From: an uncultured virus (IMG/VR IMGVR_UViG_3300032084_002349) | Lineage: Duplodnaviria > Heunggongvirae > Uroviricota > Caudoviricetes | IMG/VR virus record: IMGVR_UViG_3300032084_002349 | Location: 1 to 64,000 of that record | Direction: 5' to 3' (one strand) | Length of the DNA stretch: 64,000 nucleotides | Shown here: positions 21,298 through 31,575 of the stretch, piece by piece | How the letters are laid out: the number at the start of each line of letters is the position of its first letter | Position numbering within the stretch: the first letter of the stretch is position 1 | Position numbers and translations under genes: made by a program | Notes under the pieces: generated by a model | Told to the model about the DNA's origin: nothing | The model's input: only the letters and a program-made list of their open reading frames with translations | Databases searched by the model: none

Positions 21298-22117
21298 CTT
21301 CCTGTTCTCTTTTAGCTGATTCGTGGTTAAGGATTGGTCTATCGTATTCTTCGTCTTGATATTGATGAGCGTCTTGTAATTGATTTTTAAATTGCTTAGT
21401 AGCTAATTTCATAATTTCTAACTGACGACCTTCGCTTTCTCTAATGCTTTCATCTTCTAGCATTCTAATAAGGCCCGTCCAGCTGCTTTTACCATCTTCA
21501 ATACGTTTGATTCGCTGTTCTCTTGTTGCTTTAAGATCTTTACTAATTTTTTGTTGTTCCGAAAGGAGCTTAGTATATTCATTAGTGTAACTAGCAATAC
21601 TATTTCTAGCAAAACTCAACTGTGTTTCAAGATTTGCTAGCTTAGCAGTGTCTCTATCCGCCTCTGGTATTTCATACTCAAAATCAACTTTTTTCTGTAG
21701 TTTTGTCGTTTCTGCTATATGTCTTTTTCTTTCCTTCATACTTCGATTGATAAGTATATCGATAGTAATAAACTGTTTGATCTGCAACTCTTCTGCTGGC
21801 AAAACATCTTCTCTAAATTGCTTTATTAAATTAACCCAAGTATTTTCAAAATAACTCAACTCACCAGTATCTATATCAAATTGCTTACACACCTCAGACC
21901 AAAAAGATTTGGATCTTAATTTTATCTTTAATATTTCTACTTCATCAAACTCTTCTTTAGGTTGTAAAAGATTGTTTTTTTCTATATATTTTTTAACTGG
22001 AGCAGTATTTCTATTTAAATGTTCAGCTATTTGTTCTATAGATACATCATGCACATTATCTTTTATATATTTTTCTTCTGATAATGATAACTGACCTCTT
22101 TTTTTACTCATTTTCAT
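21290..22117 (-). CDS. Probable terminase small subunit
   Basis: N-terminal HTH-like segment and C-terminal coiled coil, upstream of HNH and TerL. Confidence 0.5.
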   Translation of the reverse strand: MKMSKKRGQLSLSEEKYIKDNVHDVSIEQIAEHLNRNTAPVKKYIEKNNLLQPKEEFDEVEILKIKLRSKSFWSEVCKQFDIDTGELSYFENTWVNLIKQFREDVLPAEELQIKQFITIDILINRSMKERKRHIAETTKLQKKVDFEYEIPEADRDTAKLANLETQLSFARNSIASYTNEYTKLLSEQQKISKDLKATREQRIKRIEDGKSSWTGLIRMLEDESIRESEGRQLEIMKLATKQFKNQLQDAHQYQDEEYDRPILNHESAKREQEDA

Positions 22118-22742
22118 TATCCTTATTATCTTTATTCTTATTTTTGTCTATAAAGCGTCGTTTAATATAATTTTGTAATTTAACTTTATCATTTTTAGCA
22201 ACCTTCATACCATGTTTTAATTTTAAGTATGTATTTCTATATTTGATAGGTAGTGTGTCTTCGATCTGATCAATAACCTCAGAATTCATAATATCTCTTA
22301 AGAAGTCTTTTTTATTTTGAGGATCTTTACCATCAATATAAGATGGCTGCATAATATTCTTTTTGCTATCGTTTCTTTTAAACCAAACTTTATAAGCATT
22401 ACAATTTAATTTATCTTTAAATTGAGCGCAATCAGAAACCTCGTCATTAGGTTGGTATAAAGGACACGTTAAACAAGGCTTATCTGGTCTTTGGTAATTA
22501 TCTCGTTTATAGTTGAAAAGGCGATTTCTAACATGTGTCCATAAAAAGTTTTCTAAAGGTCTAGAATGGTCGTACTTTTTAAGTCCTTCTAGAGCAAAAA
22601 CAGCTGCCTGCTGTTTCATATCTTCTATATCATGGTAGCCGAATCTGAATTTATATACCAGTTTTTTGGTTATAATATCTAGGGTTTCTAGAAATTGTTC
22701 ATCTGAAACCTTAGGTTGTTTCTGCTGCTTTTTTTTGCTCAT
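22104..22742 (-). CDS. Phage sigma70-family sigma factor with Cys-rich insertion
   Basis: Region 2-like DIEDMKQQA...LKKYDHSRPLENFLWTHVRNRLFNYKR, followed by CLTC...C...C. Confidence 0.75.
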   Translation of the reverse strand: MSKKKQQKQPKVSDEQFLETLDIITKKLVYKFRFGYHDIEDMKQQAAVFALEGLKKYDHSRPLENFLWTHVRNRLFNYKRDNYQRPDKPCLTCPLYQPNDEVSDCAQFKDKLNCNAYKVWFKRNDSKKNIMQPSYIDGKDPQNKKDFLRDIMNSEVIDQIEDTLPIKYRNTYLKLKHGMKVAKNDKVKLQNYIKRRFIDKNKNKDNKDNENE

Positions 22743-22872
22743 TCAGTAATTCTTCAATACTTTTTGTTTCCTGTTCCTCATTTAAATCCTTATCTAAGCT
22801 AAGTTCCAATTCCTCAGATGCTACAACTTTAACCGAAGATCCAGCAATATTTGTATAAGTCTGATTTTTCAT
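22711..22872 (-). CDS. Small acidic hypothetical protein (53 aa)
   Basis: MKNQTYTNIAGSSVKV...; hand-translated, overlaps the start of the sigma gene. Confidence 0.45.
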   Translation of the reverse strand: MKNQTYTNIAGSSVKVVASEELELSLDKDLNEEQETKSIEELLNEQKKAAETT

Positions 22873-22957
22873 AATATTCTTTCTTTGCTAAACGTAGAAA
22901 ACTCTCTATAATAGTATTGTAGTTAATACTTACACCAAAGTAAAGCGAGATATCTTT

Positions 22958-23149
22958 ATGAATAGATTATATAGAAGATGGAGAGATGAAGATGTGGAAT
23001 TTATTAAAAATAATTATATTAAAATGACCGACAATTCTATTGCTGTTACACTATCTAGAATCACAGGAGATAATATATCTACAGATATGATTAGAAGGCA
23101 AAGGCGTAAATATCGTTTGTCTAGACCCAAAGGCAGACCCTCTAATTAA
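22958..23149 (+). CDS. Small HTH/SANT-like DNA-binding protein
   Basis: RRWRDEDVEFIKNNY...IAVTL...RRQRRKYRL; divergent from the sigma gene. Confidence 0.6.
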   Translation: MNRLYRRWRDEDVEFIKNNYIKMTDNSIAVTLSRITGDNISTDMIRRQRRKYRLSRPKGRPSN

Positions 23150-23991
23150 GGTAGAAGGTCTACATCGAGTAAAGCTGATGCATAGCTAGGAACACAACTA
23201 CATGTCTCATCATCAAAAGTTTCATCTGAAGCACAGATTGCTTTAGGCTGAGGACAAGCACAACCACAACCTACGTCATCTCTGACATGATTTTCAGGGC
23301 ATGGTGTAGGACAAGGATCACAAGAACAAGTACCTGGGGAGAACTTCTCACCTTTAGCACAAGGAGTTTCAAGCTCAGCTAAAGCACAGAAGCAACTGCA
23401 ATCTTCAGCTTTTAAATCCGGAGTATCTTCTGGGCAAGAATTACCACCATCAGGATCGTCTTTATCACATTTACACTCACATGTATCATCATCTCGATCT
23501 GGCAGGGCTGCATCTTCGCAAGTGTTCGTACATGGACCGCACGAGCAAGAGTCTGGATCTAATTCTGGGTTAGGGGCTGAGCAATCATCCTCGGTTTTTG
23601 TACATTTACAATCGCAGATTTCTGATATAAATGTCTTAGGAGCACAAGTGTCAGCATCCTTGGTGCATTTACATGCGCAAATAGCAGTATCAAATTCAGG
23701 AACATTTGGAGGACATTCTCCTTCCCAAGTATTGGCTGTCATAACGCCATCTTCATCAAATTCAGGTGTGTATTCACCAATTTGACCAGCTCTACCGGGA
23801 TCACACTCACACGCACAAGCACCTACAGGTCCTGGTAATCTACCATGAACAGGATGAGGATCATTAGCAGGACATTCTTCAATACCTTCGTCAATATCAC
23901 ATCTACAACATGGTCCTTGTACAGCATCTGGTATTACATTAGGCTTATCTGAAGGACAATTGCATCCTCCGCAACATATAAGAACTGTCAT
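23146..23991 (-). CDS. Cys-rich CXCXC-repeat protein A
   Basis: Tandem C-x10/11-CxCxC units, e.g. CPPNVPEFDTAICACKC. Confidence 0.75.
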   Translation of the reverse strand: MTVLICCGGCNCPSDKPNVIPDAVQGPCCRCDIDEGIEECPANDPHPVHGRLPGPVGACACECDPGRAGQIGEYTPEFDEDGVMTANTWEGECPPNVPEFDTAICACKCTKDADTCAPKTFISEICDCKCTKTEDDCSAPNPELDPDSCSCGPCTNTCEDAALPDRDDDTCECKCDKDDPDGGNSCPEDTPDLKAEDCSCFCALAELETPCAKGEKFSPGTCSCDPCPTPCPENHVRDDVGCGCACPQPKAICASDETFDDETCSCVPSYASALLDVDLLP

Positions 23992-23996
23992 AAGAG

Positions 23997-25394
23997 TTAC
24001 TCCTCTTCCTTAATAGTGTGTGTGAATATACGATTGTTAGGTGTTGGACCAACTATCGCAGAAGGATTATAAAATCTACTAGCATCTGGAGTACTACTTC
24101 CATAAGATGGTAGCATCTGTAAATCAGCCTTAAGTTTTAAGTCGTAAGTTATATCAAAAGTGTTTGCAACATATTCATATAGTCTAGTAACATAATTAGG
24201 TTTATAAATATGTAAATCATAATCAGTAACGGCACCATAGCCAACACCCTTATTCATAACGTAGATAGAATCTAAAGAAAACTTATCTAAATTCTCAACA
24301 GCATAAACACCTGGATTATCCGTTTCATAATATAATGTATAGTCTATAAGATCTGAGTCTGCATCATAACCTGATAATGGTCTGATAGTACCCACACCAC
24401 CTTCTGTAAAAGGAAATCCATCAGAACTATCTAAAGAAACACTATCTACAGCATAACTATTATTAACAGTAACAGTGGCTCCGCTACCAACAACACTTCT
24501 AGAAGGCGAATCGTAAGTAACAGTAGGCGCTGAGGTAAAACTAGAACCTTGAGTTACCATAACGATATCTCTAATAGCTCCTTGATTATCAACAGATGTC
24601 ACTTTTATAGAACCTCCGTTACTCACTGAAAATGTATCACCAGCTTGATAACCAGAACCACCAGTAATAGTAAAACTGGTAGTTTTCATTTCTGCGTCTA
24701 ATGATATATTATAATTAACAGTAATAGTAGGTTTAACAATATTTGATGCGTCTATATCATCCCAGTAACCTTCGAGCGGATATATTGTGTATGTTGTTCC
24801 TATTTTATAACCCGAGCTAGGATTAACATAGTTTTCATCTGATGGTTCAGCAGAAACTGCTGTTAATACTGATGCAATTCTTGGTCGTGAGTTGAAATTA
24901 GTACCATTTACTATATCATAACTATATCCTAATCTTTCGCTTAGCTCTGCTTTGGTCCCAGAAGAAACATTAGCTGTATTCATACCATCGGTGCTTGTAT
25001 CAATACTTTCTGTGCTTAATAAATTTACACCTGAAGCATTAGTGGGAGTGTCAGCAACAATATCGTATTCAATAATTGTATTTCCTTTACCACCTACTCT
25101 TGAATAACAAGGAATAACAACATAAACACTAGAAGCAGAAAAACTTCCAGATTTATCTGAAGCTGTAACAAATTCTATACTTTCGTCATTAAATTTAGAT
25201 ACAGTAAACAACTCCGCTTCTCTAAAAGTCGGAGTAGCTACGCTAGTTCCGATTGGAATTCTAAGATATAAACCATAAGTAATATCTTTTCTTGTATCAT
25301 CTACAGCAAAAGAAGAACTATCTACTCCGTAAGGATAAGATATTAATGAATATTCGTCATTGTAAATTTGATACATAGTTTTTGAGTCATTCAT
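23997..25394 (-). CDS. Putative virion structural protein, partner A
   Basis: GGSGY / FTSAPTVTY / GSGAT beta repeats typical of phage structural proteins. Confidence 0.6.
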   Translation of the reverse strand: MNDSKTMYQIYNDEYSLISYPYGVDSSSFAVDDTRKDITYGLYLRIPIGTSVATPTFREAELFTVSKFNDESIEFVTASDKSGSFSASSVYVVIPCYSRVGGKGNTIIEYDIVADTPTNASGVNLLSTESIDTSTDGMNTANVSSGTKAELSERLGYSYDIVNGTNFNSRPRIASVLTAVSAEPSDENYVNPSSGYKIGTTYTIYPLEGYWDDIDASNIVKPTITVNYNISLDAEMKTTSFTITGGSGYQAGDTFSVSNGGSIKVTSVDNQGAIRDIVMVTQGSSFTSAPTVTYDSPSRSVVGSGATVTVNNSYAVDSVSLDSSDGFPFTEGGVGTIRPLSGYDADSDLIDYTLYYETDNPGVYAVENLDKFSLDSIYVMNKGVGYGAVTDYDLHIYKPNYVTRLYEYVANTFDITYDLKLKADLQMLPSYGSSTPDASRFYNPSAIVGPTPNNRIFTHTIKEEE

Positions 25395-25582
25395 ATATCA
25401 GATCCCCCTGTTTGAACTTTAAGATTGTATGGACCCAAAAAGAATCTTGGTCTAGGATGTTGTATAGGATATACAACTTTGGTTTTGTCTTTTAATTGAG
25501 GTTCTGTACCCCTAGTAATAGATCTTTCGTTAAAATCTCTATCTATTCTAGATTTAATTTTACTTCCATAACTAATATTCAT
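25391..25582 (-). CDS. Small hypothetical protein
   Basis: 63 aa, with RBS and an upstream GGTGTA motif. Confidence 0.5.
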   Translation of the reverse strand: MNISYGSKIKSRIDRDFNERSITRGTEPQLKDKTKVVYPIQHPRPRFFLGPYNLKVQTGGSDI

Positions 25583-25637
25583 ATAAAACCTCTTTTTATC
25601 GTATTAAGTAGTATCTTTTATTATATTACACCAATTG

Positions 25638-26582
25638 CTACGGAATTAACTCTTCACTCAAAAGACTTAAAACATAATCTTTTGGAACACACGAACAACT
25701 ATCTGGATCAAATTTCTCAGTAGCTTTATCACACGTAGGAGAAATAGTTTCTGAGGGACAGCGACAATAACATCCATCTCCTTTCACAAGAGGAGCTGAG
25801 CACTCAGCGTTACATACACATTTACAATTAGCAGGATCTAAAACATGATAATTTCCTGCTTGAGCTCCGGTACCAGTTTCTATGCTTTCACAATAGCCTG
25901 TCTCAGCTTTGCTACAAAAACACGAACAATCTTCTTTTTTTACATCTGGTTTGGCTGGTTCATCACATTCCACCTTATATGTATAACATTCACATCCACA
26001 TCCCGCGTGGTTGAAATGAGGTGCTGCAGGATCTTGGCAAGGCTCATCTGGATTTGCTTCTATTAAATCACATTGACATTTACACTCTTCTTCATTAAAA
26101 TCAGGCGTGAATCCTTCACATTCTTCTGGCTCTATATCACACTTACATTCACAGTCATATTTACCATTTACGACCCATTTAGGTTTTTTAGGATCTGGAC
26201 AAGGAAAACTTGATTCGCAAACACAATCACATCCCTTGTCAATAAACATTTTACCACCACTATCTCCAGCGCAAGTATCTGTTATAGTTCCATCATCTTC
26301 TTCATCAAGATAAGAACACCAACATCTACAATTCAAACTATCAAACTCTGTATGAATTCCCGGATTTGCCGCACAAATCTCATCTGAAGCGCCTTTACAT
26401 ATGCAACTGCAATTATCAGGATCTGGATGTCTCTCAGGAAGTTTTTTACCATGAACATCTGTGCAACTAGCACCCTCCTGATCGTAGAGACAACCACAAC
26501 AACCAGGACCGTGCGCAGTGCTCCAGGCTCCTGTTTTGGGTGCTTCAGGGCAAGTGCAATCATCAGTACAGCAACGGCTCAT
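25638..26582 (-). CDS. Cys-rich CXCXC-repeat protein B
   Basis: Tandem CxCxC units, e.g. CEGFTPDFNEEECKCQC; paralog of 23146-23991. Confidence 0.75.
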   Translation of the reverse strand: MSRCCTDDCTCPEAPKTGAWSTAHGPGCCGCLYDQEGASCTDVHGKKLPERHPDPDNCSCICKGASDEICAANPGIHTEFDSLNCRCWCSYLDEEDDGTITDTCAGDSGGKMFIDKGCDCVCESSFPCPDPKKPKWVVNGKYDCECKCDIEPEECEGFTPDFNEEECKCQCDLIEANPDEPCQDPAAPHFNHAGCGCECYTYKVECDEPAKPDVKKEDCSCFCSKAETGYCESIETGTGAQAGNYHVLDPANCKCVCNAECSAPLVKGDGCYCRCPSETISPTCDKATEKFDPDSCSCVPKDYVLSLLSEELIP

Positions 26583-26602
26583 TTGGTAAGTCTCCTATAA
26601 AT

Positions 26603-27781
26603 TTACACGAAAAAAACTGGATCATTATTAGGTATAGTATCATCAATATCTATATACGCATTAATAGTAATATAATCGTTAAAATTATATTGTTTATTAT
26701 TATCAAATAACTTATAATCAGATTCACTGTTTAAATTATTACCTGCTTCTTTAATCTTACAATCTGCCAATATGAAATTATTTTTTATAGAAACACCAGA
26801 TTCTCTATATGATTCAGTAATTAATACTAATATCGCTTGAACAGTTGGATCATATTCAACACTAGCTAAACTTGATTTTACCCTATTAATACCACCAGGA
26901 TATGCTTCTCCACCATCATTAACTGTTACGCTACCTAATGTATAATTATCATTAATTGTGATTGTCGCTCCCGAACCATTAGAACCATTATAAGTTACAG
27001 ATGGTGTGTTAGTAAAACCATTATCTGAAGATACTAATATTATTTTTGTAATTGCTCTACTATTATAAGCTACTTCTGTAATTTGTATAATACCACTGCT
27101 ACCAGAAACACTATCTGTTACGGTAAAGGTTTCGCCTACTTGATAAGACTCGCCTCCGCTAATACTAACAGTACCACTATTCAAACTTAAATTACCAGTA
27201 ATACTAGCATCAGATAAACCGCCTATGGTAGTTCTAGCATCATTATTTGATAAAGTAAATACAGTACCTAATTTGTAACCAGATCCACCACTATAAATAT
27301 CGATACTATTGATTGTAGACATTAAAGAAATATCAAGAAAAATAGAATTCATAGAATCACTATCAATATAATGAAGATCTCTGGTATCGCTATAAAGATA
27401 GTCTTCCGTTAATGAATAAGAATTATTTCCTTGAAATAAACCTGATGCTACAACGCTAGAAAATTCTGGCCTATAAGTAGGAGAAGTAATATTAAATTCT
27501 ATAATAGCGGGTTGATCATCTTCATAATCTATACTAGATTCTATTAATCCATATATTTTAGAACCAGAATACGTCACATCACTTGTTTCTATAGAAATAG
27601 AATCTTCATGTACTTGAAAATACATATCTGTTTTAGTTTCATTTCCTGGATTTTTAATTAATAAATTTATACCTTTATCTACAACCTTGCCTGAGGAAAC
27701 AGTAAAAGTACTATCATCTGCTCCTTTAAAAGATAATCTAGTAGCAGTTTCATTTAAATTGATAGGTTGATAAATTGCCAT
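26603..27781 (-). CDS. Putative virion structural protein, partner B
   Basis: Paralog of 23997-25394. Start placed at MAIYQP because the longer GTG start overlaps the upstream gene. Confidence 0.6.
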   Translation of the reverse strand: MAIYQPINLNETATRLSFKGADDSTFTVSSGKVVDKGINLLIKNPGNETKTDMYFQVHEDSISIETSDVTYSGSKIYGLIESSIDYEDDQPAIIEFNITSPTYRPEFSSVVASGLFQGNNSYSLTEDYLYSDTRDLHYIDSDSMNSIFLDISLMSTINSIDIYSGGSGYKLGTVFTLSNNDARTTIGGLSDASITGNLSLNSGTVSISGGESYQVGETFTVTDSVSGSSGIIQITEVAYNSRAITKIILVSSDNGFTNTPSVTYNGSNGSGATITINDNYTLGSVTVNDGGEAYPGGINRVKSSLASVEYDPTVQAILVLITESYRESGVSIKNNFILADCKIKEAGNNLNSESDYKLFDNNKQYNFNDYITINAYIDIDDTIPNNDPVFFV

Positions 27782-27819
27782 AATTTTTATTTTCTCTGTT
27801 TTGTAAAGTAATATTAGTA

Positions 27820-28752
27820 TTAAAAACAACCTACTGAGGCAGTGCAATTTACCGCAACAGAAATTCTACCACAATTAGGATCGGGCATTTCTGCTAAAGC
27901 AGCCTTATATGCTTTGATCGCATTTGCTCGGGCTGCACCAAAAGCAGCTACTGCTTGACCTGCCACAGCAGCCATAGCCGCTCCAGCAAGACCTGCTGTA
28001 GGATAACCATTATCTATAGCAGTACCTGTGGAATGAGCAGTGTCAGAAAAAACATTTTGCTCGTTACCTGTGCCTTTGCATAATGTTGCAGAACCTGGTC
28101 CTGACCCATTACCGAAAGGAATTCCACAAACGTGACAAGCTTCCATCTTGTATGCATATTGCGTACTTCCATCGTAGCAATTAGGAGGCATTGGTAGGTC
28201 TCGTCCTATAGGTTGAGCTGTTGATGTTCTATTACCATCTCCGTCTACTAATTCCATATTCATAGATGTTTTCTGTAATGTTACTGACTGAGGACCAGTC
28301 AAGTATGGAGCATGATAACTGAAAGTCTTTGTTATACTACCGCTATTACCACAATTGGTTTTGCCTCCAAAGATGCTACCAGGTTCTCTATAAACAACAG
28401 TAACACTTCCTGAAACTGTTAAACTACAAGTACCGGTTGTAAAAGTAGCATTTGAATTTCCTGAGCAAGCTGTCAGACCAGCTGCTTCGCTTTGAACTAC
28501 TTGCGCGAATTGTTCGGCTGTGTAGGGGGTACAACCGGACCCGGTCCTACCGTATGCAAGAGGGCTCCATGATTTGCGAACGTAATTTTTTATTGATGTT
28601 GGAGGTGATTTTATAGATATGCCTTTAAGAACATCATCATCAAAAGTAACCTTAGTTACGGTTGTGACAGCACTGCCCTCAGATACAGCACAATCAGATA
28701 CATCACAAGCAAAGTCATTATTCTTAAATGTTCCTAAAACTACTTCAGCCAT
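27820..28752 (-). CDS. Hypothetical Thr/Gly/Cys-rich protein, possibly structural
   Basis: Likely start MAEVVLG with RBS and upstream GGTGTAT. Confidence 0.55.
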   Translation of the reverse strand: MAEVVLGTFKNNDFACDVSDCAVSEGSAVTTVTKVTFDDDVLKGISIKSPPTSIKNYVRKSWSPLAYGRTGSGCTPYTAEQFAQVVQSEAAGLTACSGNSNATFTTGTCSLTVSGSVTVVYREPGSIFGGKTNCGNSGSITKTFSYHAPYLTGPQSVTLQKTSMNMELVDGDGNRTSTAQPIGRDLPMPPNCYDGSTQYAYKMEACHVCGIPFGNGSGPGSATLCKGTGNEQNVFSDTAHSTGTAIDNGYPTAGLAGAAMAAVAGQAVAAFGAARANAIKAYKAALAEMPDPNCGRISVAVNCTASVGCF

Positions 28753-28819
28753 ATTTTTACCCTTGATGTTCAATGTCATATAAGATGCGTATGTTTTTTA
28801 TATACACCAATATATAAAT

Positions 28820-28848
28820 AAAAAGAGGCTGCATTTCTGCAACCTCTT
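28820..28848 (-). terminator. Intrinsic terminator
   Basis: AAGAGG-TGCA hairpin plus U-run on the minus strand. Confidence 0.6.
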
Positions 28849-28879
28849 CTCTTAGAGAAAGAAACAATAATTTAAAAAA

Positions 28880-29482
28880 CTAATCTTCCTTATCCAAATC
28901 CTCATCATTCTCTGGTACTGGTTCATTGGCTATTAATTTCTTAGATTTCTTAACAGCCCTGTTTACCATTACCTTTCCTACCATCTTCACAAAAGGTAGA
29001 CCTCTACGCTTCGCTTCTTCTTCTAACCACCCAACCACAGTATCAATATTTTCTAAACACCAATCTCCGCCCATCTCATTCATTTTTAACGCATGTCTAC
29101 GACAAGAGCAACTATCGCTCATGTGAATACCTAAAGTTTTAATCATTTTAGATAATTGAGTTCCTGGGCCATGTGGATCTTCTTCCATAGTTCTAGGAAA
29201 AGTACTTCTTAAAAAGACATCTGGATAAGGACCTAAAGCTTCTTTAAGACGAGTTTCTAATTGTGCTTTAGTCCAATCTCCTAAGTCATCATAAGCTTTT
29301 GCCGAATAAAGATTAATCGGATTAGGAATATCTTTAATAAATACTTGTATAGTTTTTGCTTTAGGAGTATCTTGAAAAGTTAAGTCCAATTCTTCGAATT
29401 CTAGTGGATCAGGATTAACGACTTGTCCAGCATTGGTAGAAAAAGGAGGGGGTTGGATAACGATTTTTTTCTCTAATTTCAT
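28880..29482 (-). CDS. Hypothetical protein with CSC motif
   Basis: 200 aa; CSCRRHALKMNEMGGDWC. Confidence 0.6.
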   Translation of the reverse strand: MKLEKKIVIQPPPFSTNAGQVVNPDPLEFEELDLTFQDTPKAKTIQVFIKDIPNPINLYSAKAYDDLGDWTKAQLETRLKEALGPYPDVFLRSTFPRTMEEDPHGPGTQLSKMIKTLGIHMSDSCSCRRHALKMNEMGGDWCLENIDTVVGWLEEEAKRRGLPFVKMVGKVMVNRAVKKSKKLIANEPVPENDEDLDKED

Positions 29483-29671
29483 ATTATTTCCTTTTTTCCT
29501 ATAGGTAATAAAAAACGATTCGTTAATAATATTATAAGCTATAACGCCTTATATGTCAAGCTTTTAAATCGCACCATATTATATATTATAGTACATTACG
29601 ATTCTTTGTGATTAAACTACAAAAGATACTATAAAGATATATTTTTATTTTTGCAGAATAAAAGGGGTATA

Positions 29672-31156
29672 ATGACACAATTAACACTAAAATACGCAAT
29701 TACCAAAAAAGAAATTGAGGAATTTGAAGAATTATATTTAATTAGTTTGGAAAAAATTTCTGGAACCTACGGCTTGGTATTTCAGAAACAATCTGAGGAT
29801 GACGTCAAAATATATGTTGGTAGTAGTGCAAATATAGTCTCAAGATGCAAAACACATAAGTTTCATCTAGAAAATAAGAAGCATTATTCTAAGAAAGTTC
29901 AAGAGTGTTTTGATAGCCCAGAGTATGAGATGAAGTATGTAATCTTAGAAAGATGCGACGAAAGTTTAATTTTACAGAAGGAAACGGAATATCAGTATAG
30001 GTGGAAAGAAGAATGTTTGTTAAATAATTGGAGAGCTGTCAATGCAGAAGATATAACTAAGTTTTTAGATAAAGCAAGAAAAAGTAAAACATATAATAAC
30101 TATGTGATAAAAAGTGATAAAATTTATAATGGAACTTCTTGTAAAGAACCTATGATTAAATCAAATGCTAGTGGTGATGGTTATTGTAAATTGGTAATAC
30201 ATATAGGCAAGGAAAATAAAAGTATTCTGTTACATAGACTAGCTTATTGGGATGAGTATGGAGAATATCCAGAATTAATTAGACATATGTGCGATAATAA
30301 ACGTTGTTATAATCCTAAGCATTTAAAACCTGGTAGTCATAGACAGAATGGTATTGATAAAAGAGGGGATTTTCCAGAACAGTTTGAAAAGATTTGGTTG
30401 AAGTTTAAAGGAGATGGGGCAGAAATTACTAAGTTTTATGGATGGAAAAGCAATTGTGAAGTTAATGGAGAAATAAGTGTGGCTACTGGAGTATATAGAT
30501 GGGAAAAAGAATTAAACCTAAGAGAAAAGTATCCTGATATAATAAAAAATAATACAACAATTAAGAAAAGACTATCTTTGTGGAATCAAGAAGGTGTGGC
30601 TGAATTTTTGCAGGAATGTCAGGATAAGTATGGTAATAAAAAGAATAAAAAAATAGCAGAGGCTTTTAGTGAAAAATATAATTTAGATATTAGTTCTAAA
30701 GATATTAGTAATATTAAATCGAAATTACAGAAGTATGTCTGGAAGGGTCAGAAAGATAGAAGAGATAAAAGAATAAATAAACCTATTAGAAATAAAGGTA
30801 GGAATAGTGGTGTTTATCAAGTGATTGCGAGTAATTATGAAAAGATGTCAGACGAACAACTAGCGGAATATATAAATAAAGAATGTGGGAAAGTATATAA
30901 AATGGGGGTTGTGCGATCTATGAGATATGATATGGGTTTATATAAACCAAAAGCATTACAGAGTCATTTAGAAAATAATTTACGCAGAAAAGATGGTCGA
31001 ACATTATTGGGAATAGAAGCAGAAAAAATGATCGAGTATTTATATAAGGAATATTCAGATGAAGAACTGGCAGAAGTATGTATAAAAGAGTACGGGATAT
31101 CTGAAGTGTTTACGGCAAAGTCAGTAATGGAATTTAGAAAGATGCTAAAGGTATAA
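29672..31156 (+). CDS. Homing endonuclease with GIY-YIG and HNH domains
   Basis: GTYGLVF...IYVGSS...R..H (GIY-YIG) and LHRLAY...IRHMCDNKRCYNPKHL...N (HNH). Confidence 0.8.
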   Translation: MTQLTLKYAITKKEIEEFEELYLISLEKISGTYGLVFQKQSEDDVKIYVGSSANIVSRCKTHKFHLENKKHYSKKVQECFDSPEYEMKYVILERCDESLILQKETEYQYRWKEECLLNNWRAVNAEDITKFLDKARKSKTYNNYVIKSDKIYNGTSCKEPMIKSNASGDGYCKLVIHIGKENKSILLHRLAYWDEYGEYPELIRHMCDNKRCYNPKHLKPGSHRQNGIDKRGDFPEQFEKIWLKFKGDGAEITKFYGWKSNCEVNGEISVATGVYRWEKELNLREKYPDIIKNNTTIKKRLSLWNQEGVAEFLQECQDKYGNKKNKKIAEAFSEKYNLDISSKDISNIKSKLQKYVWKGQKDRRDKRINKPIRNKGRNSGVYQVIASNYEKMSDEQLAEYINKECGKVYKMGVVRSMRYDMGLYKPKALQSHLENNLRRKDGRTLLGIEAEKMIEYLYKEYSDEELAEVCIKEYGISEVFTAKSVMEFRKMLKV

Positions 31157-31242
31157 AGGGACTTAGGGTCTAAGCGAAAGGTTTAGCTATTACATTTTAT
31201 ATTTTATAGCCCTTATTATGTTTGGATGACCCCCGGCTTATT

Positions 31243-31261
31243 GATACTGATTCTCATTATC
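31243..31261. promoter_or_regulatory. Fur-box-like palindrome
   Basis: GATACTGATTCTCATTATC, 16/19 match to GATAATGATAATCATTATC. Confidence 0.5.
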
Positions 31262-31454
31262 ATAACAAAACAAAAAAACCCCCCATGCTGACTGTAACGT
31301 ACGTATGAATCATGTTCACAATAATGTGACACGTATTTAACGGGTTTTACGTACTATTCACAATAACATGACAAATCATGTTACAAGAATGTGAATTATG
31401 CCATAATGACAATCTAAAAAGTATACAAGTATAGGCAAAAAAATTTTATCCGAA

Positions 31455-31470
31455 TGGCATGATACTTGCA
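31455..31470 (+). promoter_or_regulatory. Sigma54-type (-24/-12) promoter motif
   Basis: TGGCAT-GATAC-TTGCA. Confidence 0.6.
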
Positions 31471-31575
31471 CTATATATAAACTATAAAGAGGAAAAAAAT
31501 TCTTCTTGCAAATTAAAGTTTAGTATGTTAAAATTCCGATATACTAAAAAGAACATTAAACAAAGGATAAAAAAA

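Noticed and set aside
666..26563. Many short plus-strand ORFs, including the poly-Pro ORF 3126-3479
   Set aside because: They are antisense shadows of long minus-strand structural genes; the poly-Pro run is the reverse of a Gly-rich TMP linker
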